The notes under the pieces: generated by a model
The model's input: only the letters and a program-made list of their open reading frames with translations
What the model was told of the DNA's origin: nothing
The model's database searches: none
Program-made: the position numbers and the translations under genes
Assembly (NCBI GenBank): GCA_047495785.1
Contig: JBLDXI010000013.1
Coordinates: forward strand, 124,001 to 188,000
Direction: 5' to 3'
Length of the DNA: 64,000 nucleotides
From: Lepidodermella squamata
Lineage: Eukaryota; Animalia; Gastrotricha
In this document: positions 49,094-63,306 of the stretch, piece after piece
How positions within the stretch are numbered: position 1 is the first letter of the stretch
How the letters are laid out: each line of letters starts with the position of its first letter

Positions 49094-51326
49094 ATGCCTG
49101 TACTTGTAGCCAGACATTTTCCACTTCCAAGCTTGCAGACTTACGTGGCGTTTTGCTTGGCAGTGCTCAGCTCCTGCCTGTTCTATGCGTTTTACAAATG
49201 CAAGGGCGGCGTTTACACATCCGAAGACGAATCTACTAGGGCGTCTTCTTCAAATGTCACTGAAAACAATCCATTGTTGAATTTGACTGGAGAGCTTCTA
49301 GCCACTGAAAATGCGCCCAATGAACGCCTTCCAGAGTACCATCCTGAAGGCCAGCTGGTATGCACAATTTTATCTTCTGACGGATGGGCCGTGTTTTTGG
49401 TCATAAATTTTGCATACTGCCTCATGTTTCTGGCGGGAAAATTGATCCAGCACGTCGTTTTCGGAAATCTTAGAGCTGTAGAGCGACAGCATTTGCGCGA
49501 ACGTTTTTGGAATTTCGTGTTTTACAAATTCGTCTTTTTATTCGGAATCTTGAATGTGAGTTGAACGAAGTTTGTTAAACTATAGTACACATGGTACTCT
49601 CTTGTTTCAGGTCCAAGCAATGTTCACTTTTATTTGCTGGCTCGGTTGGTTCACCATTTTGGGTCTCGCTCACATTGGATTACAGCTTTGCTTTGATCGT
49701 TTCGAATTCGTGGCTAACAATCCCTCGACCCCGCGAAGCGTTTACGCCAAGCTGATTGGACTTGTTTTAGCAATATTTCTTGTTGCCACCTTTCTAATCT
49801 GCGCTTCATTTTGGGCCTATTTTACCATCCTGGCCGGGCTTAATTTGCTAGCATTTATGCTAGCTGAATCTTTGATGCTATTCATCAGAATTGCCTATGT
49901 CGTCACCCGCATCGCGATTCACTTCAAGGACACAAGCAGCGCTGTTGGAACTCGTTGGGAGGACAAAGACATAGTCGTATATTATGTTAACTTGACTGCT
50001 GATTTGCTGCTGTATGCCATTGACCTTGGCAATCACGTTCACATGTTGCTTTGGGGCAACGCGTTTCTTTCGGTGACAAGCCTGATCATATTTTTACAAA
50101 TAAGGTTGGAAACAATTTTAAAAATTTCTTATTTTACGTGTATTCTTACTTGCGACTTAGGCAACTCTACAACGAATTCACGCATCGTCTACGCCGACAT
50201 TTGGCTTGGGTACAGGTGGTGCGCTCAATCGATCGTTGCCTCGTTTCAGTTTCGCAATCTTCCATTGACCCCTCCGAGCAAACTTGTAGCATTTGCTGGG
50301 AAGCCATGACTAGCGCGAAACGTTTGCCTTGTAACGTAAGTTGCTAACTATTGAATTTTCACGACATACAGCTATCTCTTCATTTTACAGCATCTGTTTC
50401 ACGCTACATGCCTGCGCTCTTGGCTCGACTACGACATGACATGCCCCGTTTGCCGACTTTCTCTTCACAAATTCCTAATGCCTTCTGCAGCGAACTCGCA
50501 TAGCCCGGCGCCTGGAGTTGGTGCGCCCAACGTGGCTACGGCCAATATGAGCCCCGTCGAAAATGGCGCTCCGACCAACCCAGCCTCGGCTCAAGTTGCT
50601 GGTGCTGGGCCAAACGCGGCACTGGCAGCCGAGAATCGCATCGTGCGCCGACGCTTCACCATCAACGCCAGTCGCTACATTTCATGGATACCGAACTTGT
50701 CCGTGGAAGTGCGAACAACTGCAGCGAGATCCCCCTCACCTGCTCTTCAGCAGCAGCAACAACAGCAACAGCCTCTACCCACAGGTGCCAACGCGACAGG
50801 CGGAGTGCAGTCGCCAGCGGCTGCAGCCACGATCCACGGCATGCAGCTGGACGCCATGGCTGCCCAGGTGCGTGCCGTTCTACCACAAGTGCCGTTAGCT
50901 GCCATCATCAGCGACCTTCAAATGAGTGGTTCGGCTGAACAGACCATCGACAATATTCTCGAAGGTCGTCTCGGACCGTTCATGAATATGAATGCCTCGA
51001 GGCATGACACGCATAGTACATCGTCCGAAGTCGACGACTCAGATTCAGACGAGTCGGCGTCGTCGATGGATGACCTAGCACATATCGATGATGCACCATC
51101 TCTTCGCCAGCAGCACGACCCGTTGGCTCTGCTGTCGCTATCGCAACAGGATAGTGCGGAAGCTGTAGTAACAAACAACGGCAATTCAACCGCGCCTCTA
51201 ATCGGCGGCCGTTTCTCGAAAGATCCCAGCGAACGTCATCGCTTATTGGCCATCCGCAAATTGCAGTTGCTTTCAATCGCCAAACAGCGTTTTGTTTCGA
51301 CGCCGCCGGAGCCGGCGCAAACGTGA
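49094..51326 (+). CDS. AMFR: AMFR/gp78 ERAD E3 ubiquitin ligase
   Basis: PLPSLQTY, VFGNLRAVERQHLRERFWNFVFYKFVFLFG, multiple TMs, RING-H2 CSICWE..LPC.HLFH..CLRSWL...TCPVCR, CUE domain, and G2BR-like SKDPSERHRLL..RK. Confidence 0.94.
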
Positions 51327-52349
51327 CACGTTCTAAGAAGTTATGGTGCCGACATAGCCTTACACCCGATCCGGTCAATGTGCTGTTGTTTGTCATCCTC
51401 ATTGCCCCCTCAACTACAGAGCACAAAATGCCCCTGTTATATTTGTATATTCAGTCGTGTCCACCGTCCGAATCTCGTTACATATTATTATATATTTGGG
51501 ATGAAGTGCATTTTCGGTACCAAGCGTTTCAAACGCTCGCTCTTTGTTTTGGTTAAATCGTCCTTACTTGTTCGTATTATTACTTGTACAACCACCATCT
51601 AATTTGCACCGAGTTGAAACTACGATGATAGATTTATCTTCATATACTGCAAAACTGTATGTGTAATATATATATTTTTATGTATACAACCGATTGGTTA
51701 TTTGGGGTGGTGACTGAGTGCCTCCACGTTTTCTCTATCTACTTCAATTCCTTCTTTCGGTCAACTAGTGATGGAAACTACGCCAAGATATAGGCATCGG
51801 ATGACTTGATTAAGACAACAAGCATGATTGGTTTGACTCTCGCCGGAATTACATGTTTCTTCGATTATTCGTTCTATTGGCTGGCAAATTTATCCATTTT
51901 TGATACGAAACACTTGTTTATAACGTGAAAATTAGAATGAATTTGTGGAAATCAAACGGCCGTCAATGGCTCTTGCGTCACCCCATGAACTTCACACTCT
52001 TCATGCCGTATTGTTGTCTGCACTTAATCTTCTACCGTGATACGTTGTGTACAGTTTTCATGTAATATCGCAGTCGTGTATTTTCAATGCGGCCGTATTC
52101 TCTCGAATTGAGCACTTGGATACTTCGTACAGACTTCATGATGGAAAGAATTGAATGGACTGGTGATGTTATAGGCACACATTGCCTCATCTTACTCAGA
52201 TCACCACTTAACCACAGGATGGCGAATGATTATTGCTGCATTATTATATTATAATTATTTAAAGAAAATAGTTGTGGCCAGCTAATGAATAATGAAATTT
52301 CAATTTGACTTGAACGCGTTTCCATTTTCCAATAATTAGTGTTTTAAAG

Positions 52350-54220
52350 ATGAGAGCAGCAGCGTCGCTAGTCGACGTAAATCCAGTTAAAACCCTTCAG
52401 TCGAATTCGAGAGATAGACGCAGCATTTTGCCAACTGCTGCAAGGGATGAAGTTGACGAAGCTCTTAAAAAATCAATTGTAATGCGGCCAGGTTTTGAAA
52501 AACTCTCTGCGATCCCGCCTTACCGTGAGTCGCTTCGAGCTGCTCGGAAGCAAAGAAGAGAGATACGAGAGCAAACAGCTGGATCCAAGTGGTTTGGCCT
52601 GGAAAAAGGATCTGTTGAAGATAACATTGACGACCTGGAAATCATTCGTATGCGTTCTGGACTTGGCGCTATTCTCGGAAAACGGCAATATTACAGAGCA
52701 GCTGATCGGTTAGCATGCTTAATACTTGAAATAGAAGCACGATCTGTTTGAAATTAAACATTCGTGCGTAAGGTCCGGATTGTGATTTTCCTGGCTACCT
52801 CGCGCTTAAATTACAATCATTGCCACTTGGGTTGAACAAACAATACGTATCGCATATTACCGTATATACCGGTTTAGAAGGCAGAACCGAAATACAGGGC
52901 AGGCCCGTTTATAAGGCAGGGGTTAAAGGTCATTTGGTCAAAATATAGGGCAGGGCCCGAATATAGGGCAGTGGTCTAGAATGGATCCGGGCAGGAGGCC
53001 CCCCCCCCCCCCCCCCCCCCCCTAACTTACTGGGGAATTTGGCTCAGAGCCGCGCCGATCGGGCTATCAATTTGCCCCTACAGCGTCACTTGCGATGGAA
53101 GATCACAGACGGACCTGGCAGCGGATTCATCATGTAGCCAAAGTGGGACCAACTTAACCACCCACCGTCACCACTTAGACCCAGAACCCGCCCCTTGGGA
53201 CCCAAACTATCCCGTCCTTAAAAATTTTCCCAAATTTAGAGTGGATGGGCAACTAGGATTTCGTTAGAAATCCCAGTTACCCCCCGACCCGTCTTGAAAT
53301 TGCATAGCGTTTCAGCCAGCCGAGGGCCGGCGCAGAGGGCAATCCCTCGAGTTCGCGGTGTGCTCGCCACCACAATTGCAGCAATGAACACTCCGCGAAC
53401 AGTTCTTCACGTCGCGTTTTCGACCACATCGTAGGCATCGGATCTCATCGGAGCAGTTTCGAGCCAGGTGGCCATATCGCTGGCAGGAGGAGATACATTC
53501 CATGAGAATGGATAATTTCCCCTCTTAAAATCGTTCGCCGCGTGTAAATAAGCGTGATTTCCATCTACCTTCCTAATTTGCATATTCAAAAATGTGTGCG
53601 CATACGCTAATGAGCGTGAATATACACATGCAAGTGCGCGCGCCTTTGGTTGCAACTAATTATAGGGCAGGGCCCGAATAAAGGGCAGGTCTCGTTTATA
53701 AGGCAGGGGTTGCGGGTTGATTGATAAAATTATAAGGCAGAGCCTTCTAAATCGGTATATACGGTATATGAGACATGCCGCAAGAAATAGGTCCTTATAG
53801 ATTCTGTTACGCTCTTTGTGACTATACGCTAACATAGTTACGAACGACTCTATCAAGTTCTTATCTGGCTTGGATAAGAACCGTTATCATACGGCGTGTC
53901 TCATATATTTTGAAGTGACCTTTCAGCTAATGGAAGCCAATGTATCGCTTTCAAAAATCAATCAAATTTATATTTTTAGGCGCAATCTGCCCAAATACTT
54001 CCAGAAAGGCACGGTAGTGGAAACCGCTGCTGACTTTTACTCTGGTCGAGTGCCGAAAAAGCAACGCAAAAAGACTCTGGTCGAGGAACTGCTTGCTGAC
54101 GTCGAAATAAAGAAAAACCAGCAGGCCAAGTACGATGTACTAGCTAGCAAAGAAGCTAAGAAACGACGAGCGGCCGCCGCCCGAAAAATGAAACAGCTCA
54201 AGAAGAACAAGCGACGTTGA
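52350..54220 (+). CDS. DNTTIP2: Fcf2/DNTTIP2 pre-rRNA processing protein
   Basis: TAGSKWFGL..DLEIIRMR...YYR..D|LPKYFQKGTVVETAADFYSGRVPKKQRKKTLVEELLAD; intron 52709-53979. Confidence 0.92.
52860..53764. mobile_element. non-autonomous Tc1/mariner-superfamily (pogo/Tc2-like) TIR element within the DNTTIP2 intron
   Basis: TIR ccgtatataccg(g/a)tttagaaggc at both ends (1 mismatch), TA on both flanks, subterminal tata(a/g)ggcag repeats. Confidence 0.88.
53312..53503 (-). mobile_element. LINE ORF1/gag-like zinc-knuckle fragment carried inside the TIR element
   Basis: CQRYGHLARNC...CLRCG....KNC...CCNCGGEH..NSRDCP: triple CCHC knuckle pattern, partly decayed. Confidence 0.8.
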
Positions 54221-54576
54221 AAAAGGCTTTCTATGAAAATTATGCTACAGCGTTGTTCTGTTTTTAACAAATATAAATATAAGAATAATAAAGCGAGCTC
54301 ATTTTCTACGTTTGTTTTTTATTTGAACTGGATACGCATGTCTCCGCGCTCGGTCTACGCACCGATCGCAGTCTTAATGGTGCAGAAATCAAAGAACGCG
54401 CTGCGGCGCTGTGCATCATTTAATGTTGTTGACGTCTGATTAAGCGTCCGATGCCTAAATGAGTATAATAAGTAAATCAACTTACTATTCGAAATTAGCG
54501 GCGAGTATTATCTGCTCTGTTCATTTTGCTCGATTGGCGGTCCAAAACTTAAGCCAAATTTAGCATTTAGCGAAGT

Positions 54577-56590
54577 ATGATGCTCCTCTTTTTGCTACTT
54601 AGTGTCAGCGCCCTAGCTAATGTCATTGAGCACAGCAGTGGAGATTTCGCTGAGGGTCAACGCGAAAATGAGTTCACTGAAGCGATCGACGAGCCCTTCC
54701 TACAAGTATCTCGACAAGGGCATGCTCCAAGCGAAGACGACATCCCCACGACTACAACCACCAAAGAAACAACGTCGTCACCAATGCAGCCCGCGACTTA
54801 TCTCGACAAAAGAGCGTGCGATGACGAGAGACTCACATATTTTCCACGCCATCTGACCGCCGACTGCATGTGTGACGATACTAACGGTTCACTCATCGAT
54901 TGCTATAACTCGTTTGGAACCCACCGTTTCTTCCTGCCGGCTGAATCAAGGATTCGAACTCTGCGCCTGCATAAAGCTGAACTGCACACAATTAACAACG
55001 ATACATTTAATCTACCAGCGCTCCATGTGCTTGCCATAACGTTTTGCGGGTTGGAAACAATCGACATGGGTGCCTTCAGCAAAATGCCTCGCCTGGAGGC
55101 TTTGGACATATCCTTCAACCGACTCAGCTCTATAAATAGCGAAATCTTCGAGTTGGAGGAAAGTAGCACAATCAGCCAGCTAAAACTACTAAATTTATCC
55201 AACAATCAACTCAGTGCTTTAGATCCGGTGGTATTCTTGAAGCTTGTCAATTTGATCGAGTTGGACCTAAGTAACAATAAGTTATCAGTCATAACTCGTT
55301 CATTTCCTCCACTGCCGAAATTGAAGATCTTGAGATTGGGATACAATTTTTTCCGCGTTTTTACAGCTGACTATTTTCTCAACCCTGTGAGCCTCCCTGC
55401 TCTCGATTTTGTGCAGGCTGAACGCTGCGACATGTCTGCTGTTACTATTGGCTTATTCAATGATAAACCGACTGTTCAAGATAACGCATCGAAAAACTCA
55501 TCCAGGTCATTGAAGTTTGACTTTGCGTTGAATCCCCGCCTACAGTGCACATGCGACTTGTTCATCCTTCAAAGACATTTCGGCGCTACTGTGTCTGGCA
55601 GTTGCCAGGAAACTCATGCAAAGCTTCCATCATGGCAGTCAATCAGCTCGATCAATGGCTCGCAAGTTTGCTCTGCTGCTTATTTGCTGCAGTTTGTGTC
55701 CGGCTCCGCCGTGGCCACCTCGATTATAAACGCCGGGAAACTTACACGGTCGGAAGATTTACTAGAAGAATTATACTCCAAGCATAGCTTGCTGCTTCCA
55801 TTTGATCTCATTCCAATAGGAATGGCTGGTAAGTTCTGTTAGCGTACCTGATCATTCTATAAGAAAATTAATTTTAGGCATATTGATCGCAGCCGTGCTC
55901 TTGGCTACTATATTCGCCTTCGTTTCAGTGTGCATACATCGAAATTACGCCGACAGTTTACGACAGAAGAAAACTAAACCGCCGGCAGCACACGATGCTC
56001 GTATTCCTAAACCTTCGCCAGATGCTTCCATGCCGCCTAGAAATGTGGATAACTCATCTAATGAAGAAGTCTTTTATTCAGCCGATCTATCCCAAACTGT
56101 GATTTTGATCCGGAGTTCCAAGAAGCCCACGGACGCTTCTGCAAGCGCCGTTAAAGGTGAAGAGGCCAACAAAGGTGATCCGTCGAACGAAGAGTCTCAC
56201 TACGAATATGAACAAACGACGACTGACGTTCTTGCTGTTACTCCGTTGCCGCCACTTGCTCCGGGCGCAGTAGAAAATTATCAGCCTATTCAAAAGCCCC
56301 CTATAGTCGCGACCATAACGGAAAGTAATCCGCCGGTCCCACCTCCTTCGTTCTCGTGGACCCGAAATATCACCGAACGTCTTTCAAAAATCATATCGGG
56401 CAGCAAGGCCGTCGTAATATACAATGACGTCCACGGAAAAGCACCGAATGATAGGCAGATTATTGCGACTGTCGAGCGCGATTCCGATACATCCGCTCAT
56501 CAAACTGTCACATGTGTAGCTACCACATCAACAACGGCTACAGTAACTACAGACACTACTCGCAAAGTTCGCATGCAAATCTTGGTTTAG
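54577..56590 (+). CDS. single-pass LRR membrane protein
   Basis: Signal peptide, Cys cap (CMCD...IDC), about 6-7 LRRs (LEALDISFNRL, LKLLNLSNNQL, LIELDLSNNKL), LRRCT NPRLQCTC, TM split by the intron at about 55829-55877, and a low-complexity cytoplasmic tail with no TIR. Confidence 0.85.
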
Positions 56591-56957
56591 AATCGCGATC
56601 CCCAATATAACCTAGAACCCGATCGGGAAACCGAAGTTCATACGATCATACATCGATTATAGTATCCTGTTCGCCGTTTCCAAATTTGAATAAATATTTC
56701 TGATACTGCACGGTATTGCTAAACAAAGCACTTTTTATTTCGTTAAAATAACACAATAATATTATCAAATCGTTAAAAGGTCTTATAGTCATTATCAAGT
56801 GAAAAATGGTTTTTTTTCAAAGGACGGGCTTTAATATTTTCATCATAGAATAGTAAACAGGGCGTGATAGAATTGTTTCTTATCGACACAGTAACGCAAG
56901 GCTATGTACATGCAAATGCCACCAAAAACGCTTAATAAGACGCAAGTCAGTCAACCA

Positions 56958-58760
<1,803 letters not shown>

Positions 58761-59914
58761 ATCAATGCATAATCTTCAACGTAAAACAGACATATTAATG
58801 CTAATGCTTTTTTACTTCGAAGGGATACTGCAAAGTCGCCAAGTCTGTAAAGTATGCCACAGGGTGAACACTATTAGTTCATGGAAACGCTCCTATCCGA
58901 CAGTATATGAGTATATTTTATCATGTAATAGCAGAAAAGTTGGCATCCACTAATAACGCGGCATAGTGCAAAGTGGCTACAGTGGCATGGCGGTGCATAG
59001 TGCATACCTAGTATCATGAATCACGAGTCGTTAGACTTCGCGAAAGGTGCAAAGTGCACTATTAATATTTATTAAGAAGTGAGAACAAGAAGTTGCAGAG
59101 CCATGGCTTTTTTAATAGGATCAAATAGGATCAATAAATTAATAAATTAAATAAGATCAAGAGGCGAAGTCTTAACTCAACTCAAAACACAAGGCGTTTT
59201 ACTACACCAAACAAAAAATCTTCAAGCCAAAAAAATGAAAGAAAGAAACCGCGATTTTTTGGTATAATAAGCGTCAAGGTTGAGTATAAGACAAAATTTT
59301 GTTATTTGCTTTCACTAAAATATAATTAAGGAATATCTACAGTGCAAACTAATAATTGTATTATTTATGCGAAAACTATATATGTGTGATGACCAAAGAC
59401 AGCGGCCTTCGATTTTCTCTCACGGGTAATAAACGAATCCGCAAAAACGAAAACTATTCGATCGGAAAGAGCTCGAAGGAAAATGTGTCAATCGAGAAAC
59501 GAGCGCCGCATGAGTCAGCAAACGCTGTTCTAAATGGAGTGCTTCCGCATCCTTATCTTAATTTTTTAAATTCTCTTACTCGCCTTTCGCTTTTGTTTCG
59601 AAGGCTATAAACTACATACTTATCAAACGATCAAAAGTTCACGATTTTTTATTTTTATCGATGTGTGCAATACTTAGCCCATGTGAAGAATCGTGGCCGC
59701 AAACCTCAATGAAGCCTCGCGATCATGAATGCTGAGAAACGACTGAAGTCTGGTGTTGGATATACGCCAAAATAATTTCATGAAACAGGCACGGAGCCAG
59801 CCTCCAGTCACTAGGAATCAGTATAACACTGCGGTATTTACTCATCTTGAGTCAGCAGTCTTATTCGTTGTTGGTTACGTTTTTAGCTAATTTGTTAATG
59901 TTGGCTAATAGGTA

Positions 59915-61099
59915 ATGGCAACTTCTTTTCAAAATATTATTTCAATGCCTCAGTCGAATATTTCCACCGGTGGCTCAAGCGCAAGTGTTCTGGCTGCTCA
60001 ATCTCAACTAGCTGGTAATGATGAGCTTTCATCTGTCTTTCGTCCAATGCGACCTACCAATGATGAAGTAATGTCAACCCTGGAAGGCGTCTTCTACGAA
60101 CTTGTGGATGACGTGGCTCTAGGGGTTATTTTCGACGTTCATCGCGCTGTTAAAAAAGGTTATTTTCTTATATCCGATACCGATGACGAAGCTCTGAAGC
60201 AATTTGAAATAATCGATCGGCCTGGCTTTGACATTTTCGGACAATTACCGCCTTCTCGAGGTCGTGCTAATGGTGGTAGGTTATACATTTTGAGCGATAG
60301 CTCGCTGTGTAAAGCTTATATTCACACAGCGCCTTCATCGTCAGGAACTTCGGGAAACATGAACCACCAATACGAGTGCCCATGTCCGAATTGCGGCAGA
60401 ACCTTAGCCGTGTCTAGATTTGCTCCTCACCTAGAAAAGTGCATGATCGGACTAGGAAGAACGTCAGGACGTATTGCCAGTCGACGCTTGGCAGATCTCG
60501 GAGCGTTTTTGTTCGCCGATCGGTCGTCATCGGCATCGTCAGACACTGCGTCTTCTGCTTCTAGATCATCTCTTGGGGAGGACGATTTCGAATGGACTGT
60601 GAATGGCTCTAAAAGCTCAATTGGCGCTCCAAGAGGCATAAAGAGGACTCGCATACCTGTGCAAAGGAAGCAAATAACTGCCCCAATGAATCAGACCGCA
60701 TATATTACCTCTGACTCGAATGGATCACAGCCAAACTTGAGCTCAGTTTCTATAACTGATTCTCGCCTCGTGACTTCCCTCGCTCCCCCAGCCACTCCTC
60801 CCTCTGGATCAACGCCCCGTCGACAGACCGGTTCAGTGGGAGGGAGCTCTAAGCGCTCGAGGCAACCGTCGAAACCAAAGCAAACTGAATTGGCGCAGAA
60901 ATCCTCCCCTTTGCCAGATGTCAGTTATTCCCCTACAACCAAGCCAGGAGTGATATCGGTTAGTAACAATATAACTTCAACACCGGGTAGTTCCCGGTCT
61001 GTTGGGAATGTATTTGAATCTCTGGCTGCGGAGATGTTATTTTCGGCTAGTAACAGCAGTAGCAGTGGAAGCTCTAGTACAAAGGGCCAAAATGGCTGA
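59915..61099 (+). CDS. ATXN7L3: ATXN7L3/Sgf11 SAGA deubiquitination-module subunit
   Basis: LVDDVALGVIFDVHRAVKKGYF, FEIIDRPGFDIFGQ, ECPCPNCGRTLAVSRFAPHLEKCM.GLGRTSGRIASRR; probable in-frame intron 60276-60329. Confidence 0.92.
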   Translation: MATSFQNIISMPQSNISTGGSSASVLAAQSQLAGNDELSSVFRPMRPTNDEVMSTLEGVFYELVDDVALGVIFDVHRAVKKGYFLISDTDDEALKQFEIIDRPGFDIFGQLPPSRGRANGGRLYILSDSSLCKAYIHTAPSSSGTSGNMNHQYECPCPNCGRTLAVSRFAPHLEKCMIGLGRTSGRIASRRLADLGAFLFADRSSSASSDTASSASRSSLGEDDFEWTVNGSKSSIGAPRGIKRTRIPVQRKQITAPMNQTAYITSDSNGSQPNLSSVSITDSRLVTSLAPPATPPSGSTPRRQTGSVGGSSKRSRQPSKPKQTELAQKSSPLPDVSYSPTTKPGVISVSNNITSTPGSSRSVGNVFESLAAEMLFSASNSSSSGSSSTKGQNG

Positions 61100-61558
61100 A
61101 TCGTTACTTTATCTAGAATGTTTCAATTCGAGCTCAATATTTGAATGAATCATTATGAGGAATTAAGAGGTGTTAAACTGTTCATCTATGAGTTTCTTTT
61201 GTAGTTAAAAAGAGTTGCATGGCCTCGCTTATGTCCTTCGTGAGAAGATTGCTTTACAACCGGAGCAAAATTATAATAATGTCTTTATTTTGCCGTTCAC
61301 TCAGAGCTTTCTCTTTTGTGGTCGTAACATAACCTGTTCGTTTAAAATTGATACGTATATATTATATCGTTCGCGTGGCGCATTTTAACAGCTGCGCTTC
61401 GTATCGTGCACAATCTTTACCTGAAAATTGTATTCTTCAAGATAGAAGACACCGATCGGCGATCGGTTAAGATCAAAATCAAATGACATTGTTATATAAA
61501 GAAAATAATTGATATTTCCTACTAAAATTATTCCTAGATTTTGCTTATTTGAGAGAAA

Positions 61559-62917
61559 ATGATGAACCAGTTTGGTTCTTTTCCGATGATGGGCGGTAAC
61601 CAAGGCGCTATGTATGGAGCTCCGATGCGCCCTCCTCATTTTGCCAATCCCAATGCCGGGGTTCATTTCAATCCTGCGATGGGACCAATGGGAACGCGTC
61701 CTCACATGCCGGGGCCAATGTCTGGCTCGATGGGCGCGCCACCGATGCACCATGGCACGGTTGGACAAAAGACCAATGCTACCGACGCGTTTTCGCGGCA
61801 GTCCCGCGTTTACGTCGGCTCAGTGGCGCCTAAGGTCACTCGCGAGCAACTGATCTCGATTTTTAGCAAATATGGCAAGCTTACCGGGCTTTCGTATTTG
61901 AAAGGCTATGCTTTCGTCCAATATGATAACCCCACCAGTGCACGCACTGCTGTCAATCGTGAAAATAACAAATTTTATGGAGGACAAAATCTAGGTGAGC
62001 TTTCTTCTGTTTTCCAAGTTGCCAATGCTTATTAGAATTCTGTATTAGAATGCAATATTGTTGCTGACGAGAAAAAGCCGGGTCAGCAAGTTACAGGAGG
62101 TGTCAAGAAGCCAGCTCCTAACCGGCGCCAAAATACTGTTACAAATGCCAACAACACCAACAATGGCTCTGCCGCTTCGGATTCAGTCGCGTCTAACGCC
62201 ACCCTTCAACGGAATGCCAGTGCACCTGCTGACGGGACGACTAATCTGAAACGTGTAGCTGCGTCAACGGCCAAGTCGATACAACCACCAGCTAAAAAGC
62301 TGGCTGCCACGACGAATGCGACCCAGAAACCTGCTGTAGTGGCCAAGCCGAAGCTAGCAACAATTGCGAAAAAGCAGACCGTCGCAGTCACTATGACTAA
62401 GTCTGTTGCGACTGAGAAATCTCAAATTACAGCAATCTCAGATGAGAAGAAACCTGTTACTTCCGATTTGCTCATGTGTGGTCAGTGTCGTTCTGTGTTT
62501 TACGACGTAACCTCGTTCCAACGGCACAAGGATTCGGCTTGTGAGAAAGTGCCCGAGATTCTGACATGTTTCTCGTGTTCTCAACAATTCACCAGTCCAT
62601 GGCTGCTACTGCTTCACGCGCAAAATGATCACAGCTATCAAATGTTCAAAACAGAAGCAACGAATGGCAACCACATCGATGGGGATATCGATGCCTCGCA
62701 AGAGGAAGAGCGCGCCAGTGATAAATTCAATCGCCACTCACGGAGTGACGATGAGTCGAGTTCAACTGGCGACAAGGCAGACTCGTGCAATAACGAATCG
62801 ATCAACGACGATGCAAGCAATGCAGCTGCTCAAGCGACTACAACCGCGTCGAATGACGCTGTTGACGACGAGGAGGCGTTGCTTGCCGGCGGAAATGACA
62901 CCAGTGATGTCGAGTAG
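61559..62917 (+). CDS. hnRNP C/RALY-like RRM protein with C-terminal BCL11-type zinc fingers
   Basis: RRM SRVYVG...IFSKYGKL..LKGYAFVQY...AR.AV..E; one short intron (about 61994-62048); then DLLMCGQC...F..HK..C and TCFSCSQQFTSPWLLLLHAQNDH. Confidence 0.85.
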
Positions 62918-63306
62918 TTGTCTTTATTCATGTCTTCATTATTTCTTGTCTAGTGTATCATGGGCTGCCTTTTCCATAAATTTGATTAGACTTTTTTCTC
63001 TTGATCAGGCAAGATTCAAGGCATAATCGCCTTTCATTTTTTCTGATGTGTTTGGGACAAATCAAAGGTGGACACACGACTTTTTGTCATCTTCATTCGA
63101 TCTACCTGGTTGAGACATATATCTTTTTTCGTGTTATTCTGTTCACGTTGCGCCCTACCAAATATGATGTAAATAAATTGCCGGACGGGCGCACTTGTTG
63201 CGATTTTTCATTTCTAATGCTTGATGTCTATGCAATGCGGACACTAAATTAACATAAGACATGTAATTGATCTATGTTTTGTTGTATTTAGTAGATTTTA
63301 TATGTC

